A DNA stretch of 64,000 nucleotides, from positions 320,001 to 384,000 of the forward strand of contig CAWJGT010000034.1 in the NCBI GenBank assembly GCA_963842525.1. Direction: 5' to 3'. The translations under genes were made by a program, and so were the position numbers. The stretch's first letter is position 1, and each line of letters starts with the position of its first letter. The notes beneath the pieces are model-generated. The model saw nothing but the letters and a program-made list of their open reading frames with translations. It searched no databases and was not told the DNA's origin. This document shows, in pieces, positions 59,276-64,000 of this stretch. The DNA is from an uncultured Holophagales bacterium. Its GTDB lineage: Bacteria; Acidobacteriota; Thermoanaerobaculia; Multivoradales; UBA5704.

Positions 59276-60502
59276 ATGTCACATTCCAAGACGATCGTAT
59301 GGCGCAGTCTGCCGGTCCTGGTCGCGCTCGTCAGCCTCCTGACGATCGGCGTTCAGACCGCCGGAGCCGCTCCCCGTGTGGACGTCTCGCAGTCCCTCGG
59401 GCATGGCCTCCACACCGTCCAGTTCTCCACCCCGCGGGGGACGCTCAGCGTACGCCTTCCGGGCGACATGGCCCAGGGAGACGCGGTCACCGGGACGTTC
59501 GCCGCGTCCTACGCCGGTCTCGCCGGCTACGAAGTCGAGATCGGTGGCGTGAGATCGCTGGTCTCGGAGGGGCGGATCTCCACTCTGCTGCCGATGGCCG
59601 AGCGGACCCGTGTGACCCTGCGCAACCCGCAGGGCCGGGTCATCGCCAGCACCTCGCTGTCGGCCCTGCCGGAAGCGCCGGACCTGACCGCACTGTTCGC
59701 AGCCGCGCCGATGCTCCTGCCTCGCATCAACCAGGCAGGCCTTCCGGTGCGGGTGCTGGGTGACTTCGCAGGGTCGTTCGACGGAGTCGCCGTAACCCTC
59801 GGCGGCCGGCCGGCCGAGCTGCTGGCCGTATCACCCCGCACCCTCGTGGCGGGCACGCCGCCGGACCTTCTGGGGCTCACCCGCATCGTCGTGAGCCGCG
59901 GCGGCGTCACGGCGGAGGGGGACCTCCAGAGCTTCGCGATCCGTACCGAGATGGCTCAGCAGACGCTCCGCGAGGGGGAACGGACCTCGCTGCGGGTCCG
60001 CATCGAAGGCCTCCAGGGCTGGAAGGAGGCGCTCACCCTGAGCGCGATCAACCGGACGCCGGATACCGTCCTGCTCGAAGGTGCCAATGGAAACCTGCTC
60101 GATCAGTCGATCGCGGCGGACGCGATCGATGGCCGCGGCACGTTTTCGACCGAGCTGAGCCTGCTCGGGCTGCGCGATGGGCAGCTCGATGTGTCGATCG
60201 TGGTCGGCACTCCCACCACGGGCCCACAGCACCTGGTCAATGTGACGACACCACCCCACATCACCGCCACTTCCGCGTATGCGCCTCCCAGCAGCCACGC
60301 CACCAACGAGACCTGGCCGCCCCACATGGTGAACGTCTCCTGGCCCCCCCACACCGCAAACGTGACATGGCCGCCGGCCCACGTTGGCAACGTGAGCTGG
60401 ATGGTTCACCACACGGGCACGACGGTCTGGCAACTGCCGGCGACGGATACCAATCCCAAAGAGACCCCCAAGGAGTCCAAACCCGGCGATATTCAGAACT
60501 GA
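59276..60502 (+). CDS. Secreted hypothetical protein with beta-sandwich-like body and C-terminal His/Trp/Pro repeat tail
   Basis: AGGAGAGGA RBS; Sec-type signal ending TAGA; tail with seven H-x4-[STV] units, most followed by WPP or W. Confidence 0.8.
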   Translation: MSHSKTIVWRSLPVLVALVSLLTIGVQTAGAAPRVDVSQSLGHGLHTVQFSTPRGTLSVRLPGDMAQGDAVTGTFAASYAGLAGYEVEIGGVRSLVSEGRISTLLPMAERTRVTLRNPQGRVIASTSLSALPEAPDLTALFAAAPMLLPRINQAGLPVRVLGDFAGSFDGVAVTLGGRPAELLAVSPRTLVAGTPPDLLGLTRIVVSRGGVTAEGDLQSFAIRTEMAQQTLREGERTSLRVRIEGLQGWKEALTLSAINRTPDTVLLEGANGNLLDQSIAADAIDGRGTFSTELSLLGLRDGQLDVSIVVGTPTTGPQHLVNVTTPPHITATSAYAPPSSHATNETWPPHMVNVSWPPHTANVTWPPAHVGNVSWMVHHTGTTVWQLPATDTNPKETPKESKPGDIQN

Positions 60503-60597
60503 CATTCCGGCAAGCCGGAACGAGACAGCCGGCCCGACCCGCGATGGAACCGGCCGGGCAGGCTGTCTCCACCGGCTCCGGCCAAAGGAGAAAAACC

Positions 60598-61710
60598 ATG
60601 CAACGCAGCATTCGATCCAATTTTATTGCCTTGGCAGCTTGCCTCCTGGCCCTGCAGGCCGCTCGACCGGCTGCGGCCGAGGCGGGGGCTCCCACCCCGC
60701 CGCAAGACCTCCCCAAGGTGTGGTTCAACCAACACGCCATCGAGGGGGCGCAGGCAAAGATCGACGTCAACGATCCGTTGGCGGTGTTCCGCCTGGTCTT
60801 CTCTCAGCTCGCCGACGAGGTGGTCGTCTACCCGACCGAAAATTACTACTACTACCAATTCCAGAACGGCGGCAAGACCTACTGGGGGAACCTCCGGCTG
60901 GATGCGAACGATCGCGACCGGGGCGTGCTCCACCTGGGCTACTTTCAATTCAACGAGAGCGGCATCTCGAAGGATCTCACCGGTTTGGGCCGTCCGCTGA
61001 CCATCGCCGATGGCGTCCGGCTCTCGAAGGTGGACCCGTGGCGATACGACGTCGGATTCGAAGGGAGGACGGTCCGCTTCAGGCTCAACGACACGGGCTA
61101 CGCGCCGCCGCAACGCGCTCGCCTTCGCCCCGGCGAGACCTACGTGGGGCCGGTGTTCGACGAATCGGGTCTCAGGTTCCACCTGATCTTCGATCGCGAC
61201 ACCCGGCACTTCATGTATGTCCTCAATGAGGACGTCGAGGTGCCCGAGGAGCTCATCCGCTTCAGCGATCGGGTCCTGATCGGCCGGCGTTCCGCGTTTG
61301 CTTTCCTCGACGACAGCGCCAACACGCGCAAGGTCCTCATCGCCGTGCACGCCAACAATGTCAACCGCAACAATTACTACGACGGGCCGTTCGATCAGCT
61401 TCCCGACAACTATGCCGAACGGACGCAGATCCAAGGCTTCATCGAGGCCGCCTACCCGTACATGAAGGGCAACATCGACCGGGTCGGCAAGCTCCTCAGC
61501 AGCAACGACACGCAGAGGGTCGCGATCGCACCGTACGCCGTCTACAGTCACATGGGCGAGCTCCAATTCGTCGACGCCTGCGCCGGAAAAGCCGGCAACG
61601 AGGGCAGCTTCTACACCTGTGTCACGCCCGACCTGCAGAGCATGCAGATGGCCTTCGGTCCGCCGGTGCCGATCGGCGAAGCGTCGGTGCGCGGAAAGGT
61701 GGGCGACTGA
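60598..61710 (+). CDS. Secreted hypothetical protein (enzyme-like, unknown family)
   Basis: AAGGAG RBS; signal peptide ending PAAA; motif-like segments VYPTENYYY, GPVFDESG, NNYYDGPFDQLPDN. Confidence 0.8.
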   Translation: MQRSIRSNFIALAACLLALQAARPAAAEAGAPTPPQDLPKVWFNQHAIEGAQAKIDVNDPLAVFRLVFSQLADEVVVYPTENYYYYQFQNGGKTYWGNLRLDANDRDRGVLHLGYFQFNESGISKDLTGLGRPLTIADGVRLSKVDPWRYDVGFEGRTVRFRLNDTGYAPPQRARLRPGETYVGPVFDESGLRFHLIFDRDTRHFMYVLNEDVEVPEELIRFSDRVLIGRRSAFAFLDDSANTRKVLIAVHANNVNRNNYYDGPFDQLPDNYAERTQIQGFIEAAYPYMKGNIDRVGKLLSSNDTQRVAIAPYAVYSHMGELQFVDACAGKAGNEGSFYTCVTPDLQSMQMAFGPPVPIGEASVRGKVGD

Positions 61711-61921
61711 CACGCACGACCTCGATCCGCTCGCCGACGCGGACCACCACTCTCTCCAGCGGTCTGCTCTCCGGCTGGCAGGCGGCGAGCCGCTCGCGAA
61801 GGTCCGCATGCCGCTCCAGGTCCAGACTCCCATTGGTCCCGTTTCTCTCGCCGTCTGACAGTGGCAGCCCTTCTGGGTCGTGCTCTTCTGCCGGCCTCGC
61901 TCTCCATGCGGGACGGGCCGA

Positions 61922-64000
61922 TCAGCCGAGCTCGTCGAGAAGCCCACGGGCCTCGCGAAGGTCGCCCGTGTCGAACCCCTCGGTGAAGCGGCCATAGATA
62001 CCTGAGAGCAGCTCGCTGGCCTCGGCCTTCCGGCCTTGACCCGCCCACAGCCGGGCGAGGCTCATCGCGGCCCGCAGCTCCAGGGACTTCGCGCTCTGGT
62101 GGCGGGCGACGTCGAGAGCCCGGTCGAACAACTTCTCGGCCTCGGATTCCGTGGCACCGCTCCGGCGGAGCAGCTCTCCCTTGAGACGCCAAAGCTCGGC
62201 ATCGAACAGACGCTGTCCGCCGCTGTCGGAGATCTCCAGGCCCTTCTCGACGGCCGCGAGCCCTTCGGGGATGCGGTCCGCCTGGAGACAGCTTTCCGCC
62301 AGGAGGGCCAGGTGATTGGGCACACCTGCGAGCGCCCCGAGAGAAAGCCTTCCCCCGATGCCCTCGCGCATCCGCTCGAAGGCGGAAGTCGCCTCTCCAA
62401 GAGCCGACTCCGCCCAGGCGCGAAGGAAGACCGCCACGGAGATGAAGTGCCGATAGCCCTGCTCGGTCGCGAGGGAGGCCAGCTCTCCGATCTGCGCCAG
62501 GACCTCCTGCGGCTCACGCCGGTACGCATGGATCTCGCTGGCGAAGTACACCACGAAACAGCGCGAGAACAGGGCTTGCAGCTCCCGGGCCTCCGCCACC
62601 GCCTGGCGGCTCTGCCGGAGGGCCTGATCAGGATCGCCGAGGAGCCACAGCGTCCAGGCAAGGTTGGCCATTCCCTCCAGCAGGAGGTTTCCCGAGCCGG
62701 GCAGGGAGAGGTCGACGCTCGCATCGGTCGACTCGAAAAGCGAGATCGCCTCCTCCAGGTGGATTCGCGCGCGGGCGAGCTCGCCGCGGCAGAGCAGGAC
62801 GAAGCCCAGCCCCTGATGGCTCACCCTAAGGAGGCCCGGCAGCTCCTGGCGGGCCATTTCGTGGAGCCGTTCCGCGATCTCGAGGCCGCCGTGCATGTCA
62901 CCGCTGATCAGACGGTTGATGAACAGCCCGCGCAGGGTCGCGAAGACCTGTGGCGTCTGACCCACGTCGCCGCAGAGCTCCCAGGCCCGCTGGAAGGCGT
63001 GCTGCACCTCCGGCGTCGAGAAGGTCCGCGTGGCGGCCAGCGCCATGCCCAGGGCGAGCTGCAGCGCGATCTCCTGCTGGATCCGCTCGCCGCTCTCGGG
63101 CAGCTCGGCGAGCAGGGCGAGCGCCCGCTGGAGGTGGCCCCCGGCTTCCAGATAAGCCGAGCCCTGGGTCGCCCTCTCGCCTGCGCGTTGCCAGAGCGGG
63201 ACCGCCTGTGCGGGCAGGCCCGCCTCGGTGTAGTGATGGGCCAGCACCTCGGGTTGGGCTTCGACGATCTCGGGGAACCGTCTTTCCAGGACGCCCGCAA
63301 CCCGGCGATGGAGCCGCCGGCAGTCGGCCCGCAGCAGCGAGGCATAGGCCGCGTCCTGCAGCAGGGCGTGCTTGAACAGGTAGCGCTGGTGGGGCCGGCG
63401 CCCCCGCCGGAACAGGATTTCGGCGGCGACCAGGCGGTCCAGCTCACGCTCGAGGTGCTCTTCGCTGCACGGAGCCACGGCGTACAGCAGGCCGGCCGGG
63501 ATCTCCCGGCCCAACACGGCCGCGAGCTGCGCGATGTCCCGCGCCGGGCCGAGCCGGTCGAGCCGGGCTCGCAGCCAGCCTTCGAGCGTGGCGGGGATTT
63601 CGAGCGAGGGCCTGCCCGAGGACGCCTCCGGACCGGTAGCGGAGCCCGCCTCCAGGATCATCCTGGTCAGCTCCTCGACGAACAGCGGGACGCCGTCGGT
63701 GCGGGCGGCGATCTGCTCGCGGACCGCGGGAGCCAACGACCGATCGGCCGTCAGCCGCTCGACCATGAGCCCGGCCTGGGTGCGGCTCAGCGGGCTCAGG
63801 GTCAGGCGCGTCAGGTCGGACCGCTGCCCCCAGGGCGGCCGGAGCTCCGGGCGGAAGGTGAGGAGGAGCAGGAGGGGGACCGCGGCGGCGTGCTCGATGA
63901 GCAAGCCGAGCAGCTCGAGGCTGGAAGGATCGAGCCAGTGCAGATCCTCGACGACCAGGAGGAGCGGCTGCCGGTCGGCCATCGCCAGGAGCAGGGCGAG
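61922..64000 (-). CDS. STAND/AAA ATPase with TPR-like C-terminus (adenylate cyclase- or kinase-associated type), 5' end outside the window
   Basis: LLVVEDLHWLDPSS, RTDGVPLFVEEL, ARLDRL, YLFKHALLQDAAY, SLELRAAMSLARLW, FTEGFDTGDL. Confidence 0.88.
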   Translation of the reverse strand, partial: LALLLAMADRQPLLLVVEDLHWLDPSSLELLGLLIEHAAAVPLLLLLTFRPELRPPWGQRSDLTRLTLSPLSRTQAGLMVERLTADRSLAPAVREQIAARTDGVPLFVEELTRMILEAGSATGPEASSGRPSLEIPATLEGWLRARLDRLGPARDIAQLAAVLGREIPAGLLYAVAPCSEEHLERELDRLVAAEILFRRGRRPHQRYLFKHALLQDAAYASLLRADCRRLHRRVAGVLERRFPEIVEAQPEVLAHHYTEAGLPAQAVPLWQRAGERATQGSAYLEAGGHLQRALALLAELPESGERIQQEIALQLALGMALAATRTFSTPEVQHAFQRAWELCGDVGQTPQVFATLRGLFINRLISGDMHGGLEIAERLHEMARQELPGLLRVSHQGLGFVLLCRGELARARIHLEEAISLFESTDASVDLSLPGSGNLLLEGMANLAWTLWLLGDPDQALRQSRQAVAEARELQALFSRCFVVYFASEIHAYRREPQEVLAQIGELASLATEQGYRHFISVAVFLRAWAESALGEATSAFERMREGIGGRLSLGALAGVPNHLALLAESCLQADRIPEGLAAVEKGLEISDSGGQRLFDAELWRLKGELLRRSGATESEAEKLFDRALDVARHQSAKSLELRAAMSLARLWAGQGRKAEASELLSGIYGRFTEGFDTGDLREARGLLDELG

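Overview
High-GC bacterial DNA; gene families and repeats suggest Acidobacteriota (Thermoanaerobaculia-like) or Myxococcota (inference). Bases 1-40.8 kb are the 3' part of a large hybrid NRPS/PKS operon: (i) a giant gene running from before base 1 to 28397, broken only by single-base indels, with visible order [C]-A(Ser)-T-C-A(Dab/Dap-like)-T-C-A(Ser)-T-KS-AT-ACP-C-A(Pro-type variant)-T-C-A(Ala)-T-KS-AT*-psiKR-ACP-C-A(Pro-type variant)-T-C-A(?)-T; (ii) a bimodular NRPS C-A(Ser)-T-C(modAA-like)-A(Tyr)-T; (iii) an unusual terminal protein fusing a docking helix, a degenerate Cy domain, a dead A domain, an intact T domain and an MFS transporter; (iv) a DUF3326 gene. No TE, R or E domain is visible. 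The remaining 23 kb holds a DMT transporter, a TIR-NB-ARC-TPR NLR-like gene, two REP-like palindromes each followed by a 21-bp-periodic tract, an alpha/beta hydrolase, a DUF4388/J-like/TPR protein, sbnAB (L-2,3-diaminopropionate supply), a tandem XRE regulator, a VPS10/BNR protein, oligoendopeptidase F, a GT39-type glycosyltransferase, ynfA, a secreted protein with an H-x4-[ST]-W-P-P repeat tail plus a secreted partner, and a partial STAND ATPase-TPR gene. Nearly all apparent frameshifts sit at AGCT, which points to methylation-linked long-read errors rather than real pseudogenes. A-domain codes were read by eye against GrsA motif positions.
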